Part shown: positions 1 through 9,489 of the stretch, piece by piece
Numbering within the stretch: position 1 is the first letter of the stretch
Layout: each line of letters starts with the position of its first letter
NCBI GenBank assembly: GCA_965248575.1
Contig: CBDFJQ010000002.1
Location: 1,920,001-1,984,000 of the forward strand
DNA: 64,000 nt
Direction: 5' to 3'
Source of the DNA: Planctomycetota bacterium
GTDB taxonomy: Bacteria; Planctomycetota; B15-G4
Notes under the pieces: model-generated
What the model was told of the DNA's origin: nothing
Seen by the model: the letters and a program-made list of their open reading frames with translations, nothing else
Database searches by the model: none
Translations under genes and position numbers: made by a program

Positions 1-1426
1 TCATGGAGGCCAGCACGGAGGCCAGGGTCGCGTACTCCTCGAAGAGGGCGGCAGGGATGCCGGTCGCCAGCAAGTTGACGGTCTCGTGGCTGTCCAGGGA
101 GAGGTCGAACATGGCCCGCAGCGGCAGCCCGGTCCCGGACTGGAGCTCGACCAACTTGTAGCGAGGGCCGATCGCTGCACGAATGGACGTCGTGGGAGGC
201 CCTAGGCCGTTGGGCGTGAACAGCTCGCTGTAGGCCGCCGCCCTCAGGGGTGCCTGGGCGGTGTCCAGGAGATAGGGCATGAGCGAGATGGAATCCTCCG
301 GCCGATCCTCCGGGGGCAGCACCACACCAGCCATCTCGAGAATCGTGGCGAACAGGTCCGTCGTGTTCACGAGCGCATCAATACTCCGCCCACGCCCGAC
401 GATTCCTGGCCCCATGACGATCAGCGGCACCTTGACCCCGCCTTCGAAGATCGTGCCCTTGGACTTGTTGAGCAGGGAGACATCCGAGACGGCACGACCG
501 TGTGTGCCATTGTCAGCGACGAAAATGATCCAAGTGTGCGCCAAGACGTCGGGATCGAGGTTCATCAACAGGCGGTCGATCTCGCTGTCCATGGCCTCGA
601 CCATCGCGCGATGCTTGATGGCCACATAGGAGGCGCTGTTGGCCTTGATGGTCGTGAGCCCCTCCGGAGGTGCATGAAAGGGAGTATGGGCCGCATTGAA
701 AGCCAGCTGCATGAACCACGGATCGGTGCCGAAACCCTGGATCACCTCCAAGGCATCGTCGACATGTTCCGTCGTGGAGTAGGAGATGGACGAGAACTGC
801 AGCGCACCGGCCCCCGACGCGACGTTCTTCTCCCAACCGAAGTAGACGCTCGCGGGCGAGTTGATTCCGCCGAGCTGCTCGATCGAGCCGGAAAACACTT
901 CGAAGCCGCTGGCGATCGGGTGCTGGTAGCCCTCCCCGAGCGTCACGCCGAGGTGCCATTTCCCCAGGGCCGCCGTGCGGTACTTGGGCGTCAGCGCTTC
1001 AGCGAGCGTGAGTTCGGAGAGCGGCAGCTCGTAGGTCTGCCCATTGTCGAAGTTCACGTTGGTACCGATCCCTGTCCGGAAGCCGTGACGCCCCGTCAGG
1101 AGCGTCGCGCGAGTCGGCGAACACACGGGGTTGGCGTAGGCCCGACTGAACTTCACCCCGTACTTCGCGAGCAGATCGAGCGTGGGCGTGGGGCCCGCCG
1201 TGGGGCTCGTGCCGAAACTCTCAACGCGGTCCAGCCCCACGTCGTCGGCCACGATCAGCAGGATGTTGTCGCGGATCTGCGGTGGCGTGAGCCCAGTCGG
1301 TTCGGAGCCTGACTGAGCCATCAGCTCGGGCGTCATCAACCCGGACGTCAAGGCCGCCCACGCCATCCAGGCGAGCGCCAAGCTGCCCAAGCCGGCCTGC
1401 CCTCGATGAAGAGGTGTGCCGCTCAT
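1..1426 (-). CDS. Sulfatase (formylglycine-dependent, arylsulfatase-like); 3' end runs off the window
   Basis: Not in the ORF track because there is no stop in the window. Manual translation from ATG 1426 gives a signal-like N-terminus, NILLIVADDVG, and the catalytic motif CSPTRATLLTG (Cys codon 1123-1121). The frame is open to position 2. Confidence 0.93.
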   Translation of the reverse strand, partial: MSGTPLHRGQAGLGSLALAWMAWAALTSGLMTPELMAQSGSEPTGLTPPQIRDNILLIVADDVGLDRVESFGTSPTAGPTPTLDLLAKYGVKFSRAYANPVCSPTRATLLTGRHGFRTGIGTNVNFDNGQTYELPLSELTLAEALTPKYRTAALGKWHLGVTLGEGYQHPIASGFEVFSGSIEQLGGINSPASVYFGWEKNVASGAGALQFSSISYSTTEHVDDALEVIQGFGTDPWFMQLAFNAAHTPFHAPPEGLTTIKANSASYVAIKHRAMVEAMDSEIDRLLMNLDPDVLAHTWIIFVADNGTHGRAVSDVSLLNKSKGTIFEGGVKVPLIVMGPGIVGRGRSIDALVNTTDLFATILEMAGVVLPPEDRPEDSISLMPYLLDTAQAPLRAAAYSELFTPNGLGPPTTSIRAAIGPRYKLVELQSGTGLPLRAMFDLSLDSHETVNLLATGIPAALFEEYATLASVLASM

Positions 1427-1597
1427 ACTGCCTCGGTGATTCGGGGAGCGCTTGGAGCAAAGGATTCGGGGTCGACAGCCGCCCCCATCACGGCGAGCGG
1501 CCAGCCTCCAAGCACTCCTCAAGCATAGCAGCCGCGTCACCTCCCCGCCGTCCGCTGTGGCGAGGTCGTGACCCCCCTACCCGGAATCCCAGCTCCG

Positions 1598-1623
1598 GTA
1601 ACGATGTCTCTCCGAGCCGCGTA
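1598..1623 (+). promoter_or_regulatory. Candidate ECF sigma promoter (GTAAC-N17-CGTA) upstream of the ECF operon
   Basis: GTAAC at 1598-1602 and CGTA at 1620-1623 resemble the AAC/CGT ECF consensus. The motif is short and could be chance. Confidence 0.25.
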
Positions 1624-1696
1624 TGACCCCCAGTCAAGGGCCCAGGATCGGCCTCGGGCCCCCTCGATTCACGAATCACCCTCATCTTCGGACGAG

Positions 1697-2740
1697 ATGT
1701 TCATGCTGATTGCCACCTCCCTGCTGGCCACGCTGCTGCCTCTGGCGGCAGCCGCGACCCCAATCGCCCCGGTTGGCGACGACCTTCACCGCGACTGGAT
1801 CGCCGCCGACGCCGACTGGGTGGTCCGGGTGGATGTCGCCTCCGCGCTCGAATCAGAGCTCTCCTCGCTGCTGAACGAAGTCTGGGAGTCCGATGAGTTC
1901 GCCGAGGTGCAACAGGAGCTGGGCTTCGACCCCCGGCGCGATTTGAGCACCGTGACGATCTACGGTTCCGCCGCGGACCCCGAGAACCCCGTCGTCCTGG
2001 TGGAGGGCGATGCGCGCCTTGAGCAAGCACTCGACCGGCTCTCGAGCAAGGCGCATCGCGCGTCCGTGAACGTGGGCGGCATCAGCCTCGACCGCTGGTC
2101 CGAGGACGAGTCCGACTCGGACGCCGTCTACACCTACTTGGCACGCCGAGCCAACTCGGAGCAACGTATTCTCGTCGTGTCCCCCCGCAAGGAGAGCACC
2201 GTCACGGGCACTGCCGTCTTGCGTGGCGAGCAGGCCAACCTGATGGACGAGCCCAGCGCCCTCGCTTCCGACGGACCCTCCGCTGGCGCCTTCCTCTACA
2301 TCTCGGCGAGCGAGGGATTCTCCAAGTTCGAGGACTGGGACCCAGCGTCCCAGGTGGCGCAGCTCGTGCAGAGCGCCGTGCTCGAAGCGGGTGAGTTCAA
2401 GGGCGAGGCCTTCCTGGGCATCACGGTCGGCACCGCCGATGAGGAGAGTGCACGACAGATCACGAGCATCGTGCAAGGCGCCAGCGCGCTGCTGAGCCTG
2501 GCCGCCCAATCGGAAGAAGAGGCGCGCGCACTGATCCCGCTCATCCAGGGCCTCACTGTCCAGAACGACGGCGCCCGGGTGAGCCTGCGACTGCGCCATC
2601 CCTCGGCCAAGTTGATTCAGATGGCCCAGGAACATGGGCACAACGACAACAGCTGGAGTTCCGGGCACCACGAACAAGAGGACTACAACAAGCCCAAGTC
2701 GAAGCCGAAGCCCGCGCCGAAGAAAGACGGTTGGTACTGA
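1697..2740 (+). CDS. Secreted/periplasmic hypothetical protein, first gene of ECF operon
   Basis: ORF 1568..2740 with a likely start at ATG 1697 (MFMLIATSLLATLLPLAAAAT signal peptide). Acidic globular body and Lys/Pro-rich tail. Confidence 0.75.
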   Translation: MFMLIATSLLATLLPLAAAATPIAPVGDDLHRDWIAADADWVVRVDVASALESELSSLLNEVWESDEFAEVQQELGFDPRRDLSTVTIYGSAADPENPVVLVEGDARLEQALDRLSSKAHRASVNVGGISLDRWSEDESDSDAVYTYLARRANSEQRILVVSPRKESTVTGTAVLRGEQANLMDEPSALASDGPSAGAFLYISASEGFSKFEDWDPASQVAQLVQSAVLEAGEFKGEAFLGITVGTADEESARQITSIVQGASALLSLAAQSEEEARALIPLIQGLTVQNDGARVSLRLRHPSAKLIQMAQEHGHNDNSWSSGHHEQEDYNKPKSKPKPAPKKDGWY

Positions 2741-2753
2741 GCCTGGGAATTCC

Positions 2754-3371
2754 GTGAGCCCTCCCTCGTACCCATCCAGGCCGGAGACGGCCACCAGCCC
2801 CGAAGAGCTCGCCCGCCTTGCGCAGGCGGGCTCTTCGGCGTCGTACGCAGAGTTGGTGGGCCGCTTCCAGAAACCGCTGTATCAGTTTCTCCGCTACCGG
2901 ACACAAAGCGCTGCCGACGCGGAAGAGGTGGCGCACGAGAGCTTCGTCCGCGCGTGGCAGAATCTCGAGCGCTACGACGAACGCTGGCGCTTCTCCACTT
3001 GGCTCTACACCATCGCGCGGCGAGAGGCGGCCAGCTTCTATCGCCAAGCGCAGAGCCACGGCACCGAGCGCAACACCCGGCCCGTGTATGACCCGGCCCC
3101 GGAACCGGTGCAGGCCATGGCCGCTGAAGAAGGGCGCGGACAGCTCTGGGATCTCGCGCGACAGGTCCTGAGCACGGAGCAGTTTGATGCGCTCTGGCTC
3201 CGTTATGCCGAGGACTTGAGCCCGCAGGAGATCGCACAGACCCTGGACAGGGATCCCTCTGCCGTGCGCGTCATGCTGTTCCGCGCACGCAAGCTGCTCG
3301 CCCGACATCTTTCGAACCACCTGCCCTCTGAGACCATTCGGCGAACCTACTCCGCCGTGCGGGGTGCCTGA
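2754..3371 (+). CDS. ECF (sigma-70 group 4) RNA polymerase sigma factor
   Basis: Region 2 (ADAEEVAHESFVRAW...FSTWLYTIAR) and region 4 HTH (LSPQEIAQTLDRDPSAVRVMLFRARKLL). Likely GTG start at 2754. Confidence 0.93.
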   Translation: MSPPSYPSRPETATSPEELARLAQAGSSASYAELVGRFQKPLYQFLRYRTQSAADAEEVAHESFVRAWQNLERYDERWRFSTWLYTIARREAASFYRQAQSHGTERNTRPVYDPAPEPVQAMAAEEGRGQLWDLARQVLSTEQFDALWLRYAEDLSPQEIAQTLDRDPSAVRVMLFRARKLLARHLSNHLPSETIRRTYSAVRGA

Positions 3372-4083
3372 CATGAAGAGAGAACACCAGCAACCGTCCA
3401 TGACCGAGGTCGCCTCCGATGGCGAACTGGAACGCGCCCTGCGCCAGTCGGCCGCGCGGCTTCGAGATGGCCCTGCGCCACATCTGCTCCCAGGAGTCCT
3501 GGACCGCATTCGCAAGTTGGAACAGACCTCGACGAGCAGCCAGCACATCGGCCAGGCCTCGCTTGAAGACGCCGCAGCCACGCCGGTGCTCGCGCAGACC
3601 GCTGGGAGGGCTCGCCTCTCCTGGCTGGGTGTCGCCGCGGCCCTGACCCTGTGCGTCGTACTCGGCGTCGAGGCGAAGCGGCAAATCGACGAGGCCGCGG
3701 TCGCTGCCCGGCCCACGGCATCCCTAGGGGTCGGCTCCCCAGGTAGCCAATCCCCAGGTAGCCAATCCCCGGTCCCTGGATCGACATCCCCCGCTCAACC
3801 GGCAGCGTCGACCCTACCGTCCTCGCCCCTGGCTGTTTCGCGCTTCCTGATCCAGCTCCAAGACACGGGGCGCTTCGAGCAGTTGGCGACCTGGCTGCCC
3901 GCGGACCAACCCGCGCTCGTCTCCGAACGCTTGGAAGATCCCTTGCTGAGGGAAGTGGGCGAGCTGGGACAAGATGCGGTGCGCGTAGCGAACGTGGTCA
4001 TCGAACCGCTGCTGCGCACGGTCTTCGAGAGCCTCCTGAGGCCCAGCCTCCACGACTCCGGGAGCGGCCCGGTCGGCCGCTAG
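3364..4083 (+). CDS. Putative single-TM anti-sigma factor
   Basis: Overlaps the sigma stop. N-terminal helical cytoplasmic part (ELERALRQSA), one TM (WLGVAAALTLCVVLGV), Ser/Pro linker and C-terminal helical domain. Confidence 0.6.
   Translation: MPDMKREHQQPSMTEVASDGELERALRQSAARLRDGPAPHLLPGVLDRIRKLEQTSTSSQHIGQASLEDAAATPVLAQTAGRARLSWLGVAAALTLCVVLGVEAKRQIDEAAVAARPTASLGVGSPGSQSPGSQSPVPGSTSPAQPAASTLPSSPLAVSRFLIQLQDTGRFEQLATWLPADQPALVSERLEDPLLREVGELGQDAVRVANVVIEPLLRTVFESLLRPSLHDSGSGPVGR
3736..3770 (+). repeat. 15-bp tandem repeat (TCCCCAGGTAGCCAA x2 plus partial) encoding SPGSQ linker
   Basis: Direct repeat seen in the sequence. Confidence 0.85.
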
Positions 4084-4193
4084 CCGAGTTTCGGCCCGCT
4101 GTTCGAGATTACGTACACCCGGCCCAAATAGTCCGACCGCAGCGGGCGGGACGCGCTTGTGAGAGCGCCCGTCCGCTCGTACAACCGTCGGAC

Positions 4194-7100
4194 ATGCGCG
4201 ACGAACTGCTTCTGCCCCGCCACCTGTCCCCGGCCCTCCAACGCTGGATGTCGGGGTCCCTCCTGCTCGGCCTCCTGCTCGTGGGGTCTGCGTGTGGCGA
4301 TGAGCAGCCAGAAGCTGGGCCTGCGGCGTCTCCCGCGCCAGCGACCGACCCAGCGACGGCTTCCGAAGACGATCCGGCAAGCCCGCCGCTCTTCGTGGAC
4401 ATCAGCCGGGCAGCAGGCCTGGACTTCGTCAGCCGCAATGGTGCGCGCGGTGACAAGCTGCTGCCCGAGACCATGGGCGGCGGCTGTGCCTTCCTGGACC
4501 ACGACCAGGACGGCGACGCCGACATCCTGCTCGTGGGCGGCGCCGAATGGGCTGGGGCCCCGAACGCCCAGCAGCAGCCCAGCAGCCTCGCCCTGTATGA
4601 GAATGACGGCGGGCAGAACGGTGGCGCGGCGTCCTTCACTGACGTGAGCGAGGCCGCGGGGCTCGCCCGGAGCCTGCACGGAATGGGTCCTGCCGTGGGC
4701 GACGCGGACGGTGATGGCGACGACGATCTCTACATCACGGCCTTGGGCCCCAACGTCTACTTTCGCAATGAAGGCGGCTACTTCGTCGATGCCACCCAGG
4801 CCTCCGGCACCGCAGGGCCTGCGGACGCCTGGAGTTCCGCCGCCGGCTTCTTCGACGCGGACGCTGACGGTGACCTCGACCTCCTGTGCGGCAACTACAT
4901 TCAGTGGTCTCGCGAGCTCGACCTCGCCGATGACCGTCAGGTGCTGGGCATTCCGGGGCGGGCCTACGCTCCGCCCATGAGCTTCGCGGGGGTGCACCCG
5001 CAGCTGTACATCAACCGCGGCGATGGCGTCTTCGACGAGGGCGCAGCAGAGGCAGGCCTGCACATCCAGGACAGCGACGGCAGCCCGCTCTCCAAGACAC
5101 TCGCCTACCACTTCGCCGACCTGGACGGCGACTTCGACACGGATGTGTTCGTGTCCAACGACACCGTGCGCAACTTCCTGTTCATCAACGACGGCGCGGG
5201 CGTCTTCAGCGAGCAGGGCACGGAGCTCGGCCTGGCCTACGACCGCATGGGGCGACCCACGGGGGCCATGGGAGTCGACGGCGGCCTGCTGCCTGACGGG
5301 CGCCAGGCCCTGTTCGTCGCGAACTTCGCCGACGAAATGAGCTCTGCCTACCTCGCTGGCCCAACGGGTGACTACTTCGAAGACGACACCCTGGCCGTTG
5401 GGCTGGGCCGGGAGAGTCGTTCTGCGCTCAGTTTCGGGCTGCTCTTCCTGGACATCGATCTGGACGGATGGCGGGATGTGCTCCAGGTCAACGGGCACCT
5501 GGAACCCTCGATCGGTGAGGCACCTGGGGACCAGACCTACGCCCAGGCCGCCCAACTGTTTCTGGGCCAGCCGACCCAGGCGACCCAGTCGACCCAGGCG
5601 GGCGGCATGAACTGGCTCCCCCAACCTGCAACGCGGCTGGGAGACCTCGCCCTCCCCGTCCCGGGCCGGGGCGTGGCAGCGGCCGACATCGACGCAGACG
5701 GCGACCTCGACCTGCTCATGACCCAGGTGAACGGCCCGGCACGTCTGCTGCTCAACACGCGACGCAGCGCTGCAACCCAGACCACGCCGTATTGGTTGCG
5801 CGTCCAACTCAAGGGGCGGCCGGGCTTCGCCTCTGCACTCGGTGCTGAGCTGCAACTCACGGCCGCGGGACACACGCAGCACCGCACCGTCGACTCCACC
5901 CGCGGCTATCTCAGCCAAAGCGAACGCAGCCTCCATTTCGGCTTGGGGGACACCTCCGGCGCGGACAGTCTGCACGTTCGTTGGCCCGACGGGTCAGAAA
6001 GCCACGTCGACCTCGGCGAGCAGCCGCTCAACCGCACGCTGACGGTGGTCCAGGCCGTCAGCCCCGAGCAGGTCCAACGCCAGCTCAACCACGCGAAGGC
6101 CGAGCTGGAGGCAGGTCGTGTCGGGCCGGCCCTCGCGAGCTTGAGACGCGCGCTGGACTCAGCGCCCGAGAGCGCACCGACCTGGCGCAACCTCGCACGC
6201 GCCCAGATGATCGCCAACGATCCCGAAGCGGCGCTGGCTTCCCTGGACCGGGCCGATGGCCTGGAAGCGGGACAGCTCGCATCACGTTGGATTCGCGCCA
6301 TGGCCGAGCTGCGACTGGACCGCCCTGCCGTCGCTCTGCCCTTGATCGACGAAGTGATCCGGCGCGATCCCCAGCTCGCTGCCGCGCGCTTCCAACGGGC
6401 CAAGGCACTCCAGGCCCTCGGCCGGGACGCGGAAGCGCTGCCCCCTCTGCGCGAAGCCGTCGCCCTCGACATGAGCCACGCCGCAGCCCAGTTCCAGCTT
6501 GCCGTGGCCAGCCGCCGGGCGGGCGACATGGAGGGGTTCCGAACATCCAATCGTGACTTCTTGCGCCTGCGAAGCCTGTTCGGTGACGCCTATGACACGC
6601 CCGTCGCGCTCGAAGCCTGCTGGCTCACGAAGGCGGAGGATGCCGGCACGGTCGTGCCCTCCGCCACGGGCCGCTTGGCACCCAGCCCCACCCTGTCGTT
6701 GCAGTTCACCGAACCGTCGGGCGCTGTGTTCGGCGCGCTCGACGACGTGGTCGGGGTCGCCATCCTCTCCATGAACGCACAAGGTCGTTACGTGCTGCTC
6801 AGTGCCCACGCCTCGGGCCAGCTCCAGCGCCTCGATCCCACACCGGAAGGCGGCTTCACAGGGCGCGTCGTGGCCACGGGCCTCGGGGACCTCTCCAAAC
6901 TTGCAGGCCTGTGCGTGGGCAATGTGTTCGACGACACCCCCGTGACCCTTCAGCCCGGGAGCGTGCCCCCCCGCCAGCCCGACGTCTTCCTGTATGGGCC
7001 CGACGTCGCGACCCTGCTCCAACAAGACGCCGAGGGCAACTTCCAGGACGTCACCGAGCGGGCCGGGCTCGGCTCAGCCTTCGCCACCCGCGCACTCTGG

Positions 7101-9374
7101 GTCGACCACGAGCATGACGGTGACCTGGACCTCGTGCTCGCCTCCAGCAACGGACTCCAGACGTTCGTCAACCAGAACAACGGTCGCTTCGAGCCCAGCC
7201 CAGACATGCCAGACCTCAACAGGCCATCCCGCGACCTGGTGGCTGTGGACTTCGATGACAACGGTGCCGTGGACTTCGCCCTGGCGACGCAGGCCGGGAC
7301 GGAACGTGTCGACAACCTGCGCGTCGGTCGCTTCGCGCTGCACCCCAACCCGCCGGGCCCCTGGCCCGCTGCCCAGCGCATCCTGTCCGAAGACCTCGAC
7401 CTGGATGGCCACGCCGACGTGGTCTTGATTCACGCGCACGGTGTGCAGTTCGTGTTCGACGGCGTGCCCGGCGTGGTGCAGGAGCTGCCCGACGTGGAGC
7501 TGTGCTCGGGGACCTTCATCGACCCCGATGGGGACGGCTGGCTGGACCTGGCCCTGGTGGGTCGGCCTGCCGCCGACGCTCCGGGCAGCGCGCTGCAAGG
7601 CCCCCAGGTGCGGATGTTGCGAAACGCTGGCCGAGCAACCTGGACGGATTGGACCGCAGCCTGTGGCCTCGACACCGTGTGGGCCTCGTCTCAGCCCCCA
7701 GGCCAGCCCACAGGCCCGTCGGGCCCCGGCCCCGAACTCCTGGCCGCCGATCTCGATGGGGATGGAGACAGCGACCTCCTGCTGCGCAGCGACAACGGCT
7801 CGCTGCACCTGCTCCAGAACCAAGGCGGGCACGACAACCCCCTGCTGAAGTTGCAACTGCTCTCGCTCATGAGCCCTTCCGGCGCCCTCGGTGCTCGTGT
7901 CGAGGTGCGCAGCGGAGATTTCTATACGTCGCGCATGATCCAGTCCGAGCAACCGGTTGAGTTGGGAGTCGGTGGCCGGGGCACCCTCGACTCGGTCCTC
8001 GCCGTCTGGCCCTATGGGGTCGTGGACACGCGCACGGATGTGTTGATCCCGGACGACCACAGCCCCGTCCCGCTGATCGTGCTGGAGAAGGCAGACACCG
8101 GAAGCTGCCCGTTCCTCTACATCTGGGACGGCGAGCAGAAGCGTTTCATCAGCGATGTCGTCGGCAGCGGTGCAACCGATCTGCCGCTCAGCCGCGAAGA
8201 ACTCATGCCGGTCAACCCGCACGAGCTGGTGAGCATCGGACCCGCGCGCGATTTTCCGCTCGTGAACGGCGCCTGGGAGATCTCCCTCACGAGCGAGCTG
8301 CGCGAGGTCGCCTACTTCGACGAGGCTGCTCTCCTGGTGGTAGACCACCCCGAGGGAACGGAGCTCGCCAGCACGCACCGCATGCGTGGACCGCCCTTCC
8401 CCGAGGACCGTGTGCTCGCCTTGGGACGCCCGATCCCCTTGCGCAGCGCACAGGGTGACGATGGCCTGGACCGGACGGATGCCCTGCGTGAACGGGACAC
8501 CCTGCACGCCCCACCCGGCCCCCTGCTACCTCCTCCGCTGCGCGGCGTGTGCCAGCCCATGAGCCTCGAACTCGACTTCGGCCCCTTGGACACATCCAAG
8601 CCCCTGGTGCTGAACCTCAGCGGTTACATCGAGTTCGGAACAGCGAGCACGCTCATCGCCCAGAGCCAACGGGACGACGTGCTGGTGCAATGGCCCGAAC
8701 TGGAAGCGCGTGACGGTGACGGGAAGTGGCAGCGCGTGGACACCATAGTGGGCATTCCAGGCGGCAAGTCCCGCGACCTCACCATCGAGTTGGACGGCCT
8801 GCTGCCCGAAGGCGCCGACCGCCTGCGACTCAGCACCACCTTCCAGCTCCATTGGGACCGCGCAGCACTCTTCGAGCAGGTGCCCCTCGCAGCGAGCGCC
8901 GTCACGGAGCTGCGACCAGGGTCGGCACGCCTGCAGTGGCGCGGTTTCTCCGAGCTGGTCCGTCGCGGCCCCACCCAGGCGCGCTCGCCCGACTACACCC
9001 GGGTCTCACAGCAACCTCCCTGGCGCATGAACCTCACGGGCTGGGCCACGCGCTACGGCGATGTGCTGCCCCTGCTGCAGCAAGAGGACGGCAAGATCAT
9101 CGTGCTCACGGGTGGCGACGAACTGCTGCTGCAGCTCCCCGCTGCGAGCCTGGGACCCTTGGCCGCGGGGCAGCAGCGGACGCTCCTGTGGAGGTCGGTG
9201 GGCTACAACAAGGAGGCCGACCCCAACAACGCAGGCGGCGGACACATCTGGCCCCTCGGCCCCGACACCACCTACGGGCGAAGCGACGCGCAAGAAGACG
9301 CATGGCGCCTGGAATGGAACACGCGCTGGGTGCCCGCAGGACGCTTCGACCCTTTCGCCTCCGGAACGCGCTGA
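4194..9374 (+). CDS. Giant FG-GAP/VCBS + ASPIC/UnbV + TPR lipoprotein (CRTAC1-like)
   Basis: Lipobox (LLVGSAC), many DxDxDGDxD loops, ASPIC/UnbV motif (GYLSQSERSLHFGLG...VRWPDG), TPR-like helices, a second propeller/ASPIC unit, and a C-terminal domain starting GSCPFLYIWDG. Confidence 0.88.
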   Translation: MRDELLLPRHLSPALQRWMSGSLLLGLLLVGSACGDEQPEAGPAASPAPATDPATASEDDPASPPLFVDISRAAGLDFVSRNGARGDKLLPETMGGGCAFLDHDQDGDADILLVGGAEWAGAPNAQQQPSSLALYENDGGQNGGAASFTDVSEAAGLARSLHGMGPAVGDADGDGDDDLYITALGPNVYFRNEGGYFVDATQASGTAGPADAWSSAAGFFDADADGDLDLLCGNYIQWSRELDLADDRQVLGIPGRAYAPPMSFAGVHPQLYINRGDGVFDEGAAEAGLHIQDSDGSPLSKTLAYHFADLDGDFDTDVFVSNDTVRNFLFINDGAGVFSEQGTELGLAYDRMGRPTGAMGVDGGLLPDGRQALFVANFADEMSSAYLAGPTGDYFEDDTLAVGLGRESRSALSFGLLFLDIDLDGWRDVLQVNGHLEPSIGEAPGDQTYAQAAQLFLGQPTQATQSTQAGGMNWLPQPATRLGDLALPVPGRGVAAADIDADGDLDLLMTQVNGPARLLLNTRRSAATQTTPYWLRVQLKGRPGFASALGAELQLTAAGHTQHRTVDSTRGYLSQSERSLHFGLGDTSGADSLHVRWPDGSESHVDLGEQPLNRTLTVVQAVSPEQVQRQLNHAKAELEAGRVGPALASLRRALDSAPESAPTWRNLARAQMIANDPEAALASLDRADGLEAGQLASRWIRAMAELRLDRPAVALPLIDEVIRRDPQLAAARFQRAKALQALGRDAEALPPLREAVALDMSHAAAQFQLAVASRRAGDMEGFRTSNRDFLRLRSLFGDAYDTPVALEACWLTKAEDAGTVVPSATGRLAPSPTLSLQFTEPSGAVFGALDDVVGVAILSMNAQGRYVLLSAHASGQLQRLDPTPEGGFTGRVVATGLGDLSKLAGLCVGNVFDDTPVTLQPGSVPPRQPDVFLYGPDVATLLQQDAEGNFQDVTERAGLGSAFATRALWVDHEHDGDLDLVLASSNGLQTFVNQNNGRFEPSPDMPDLNRPSRDLVAVDFDDNGAVDFALATQAGTERVDNLRVGRFALHPNPPGPWPAAQRILSEDLDLDGHADVVLIHAHGVQFVFDGVPGVVQELPDVELCSGTFIDPDGDGWLDLALVGRPAADAPGSALQGPQVRMLRNAGRATWTDWTAACGLDTVWASSQPPGQPTGPSGPGPELLAADLDGDGDSDLLLRSDNGSLHLLQNQGGHDNPLLKLQLLSLMSPSGALGARVEVRSGDFYTSRMIQSEQPVELGVGGRGTLDSVLAVWPYGVVDTRTDVLIPDDHSPVPLIVLEKADTGSCPFLYIWDGEQKRFISDVVGSGATDLPLSREELMPVNPHELVSIGPARDFPLVNGAWEISLTSELREVAYFDEAALLVVDHPEGTELASTHRMRGPPFPEDRVLALGRPIPLRSAQGDDGLDRTDALRERDTLHAPPGPLLPPPLRGVCQPMSLELDFGPLDTSKPLVLNLSGYIEFGTASTLIAQSQRDDVLVQWPELEARDGDGKWQRVDTIVGIPGGKSRDLTIELDGLLPEGADRLRLSTTFQLHWDRAALFEQVPLAASAVTELRPGSARLQWRGFSELVRRGPTQARSPDYTRVSQQPPWRMNLTGWATRYGDVLPLLQQEDGKIIVLTGGDELLLQLPAASLGPLAAGQQRTLLWRSVGYNKEADPNNAGGGHIWPLGPDTTYGRSDAQEDAWRLEWNTRWVPAGRFDPFASGTR

Positions 9375-9489
9375 ACCGCCCCTCGGCGGCCGTCCGCTAC
9401 ACTGTCGCCCGTGGTCCCTGCGCACGCGCGCCGTTGTCCCCGACCACGTCGAGCCTTCTTCCGTCGCCCCGCCAGATCCCCCCTCACTC

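Noticed and set aside
279..1312. Plus-strand ORFs 279..629 and 500..1312
   Set aside because: They are antisense to the sulfatase, which the ORF track missed because it has no stop in the window.
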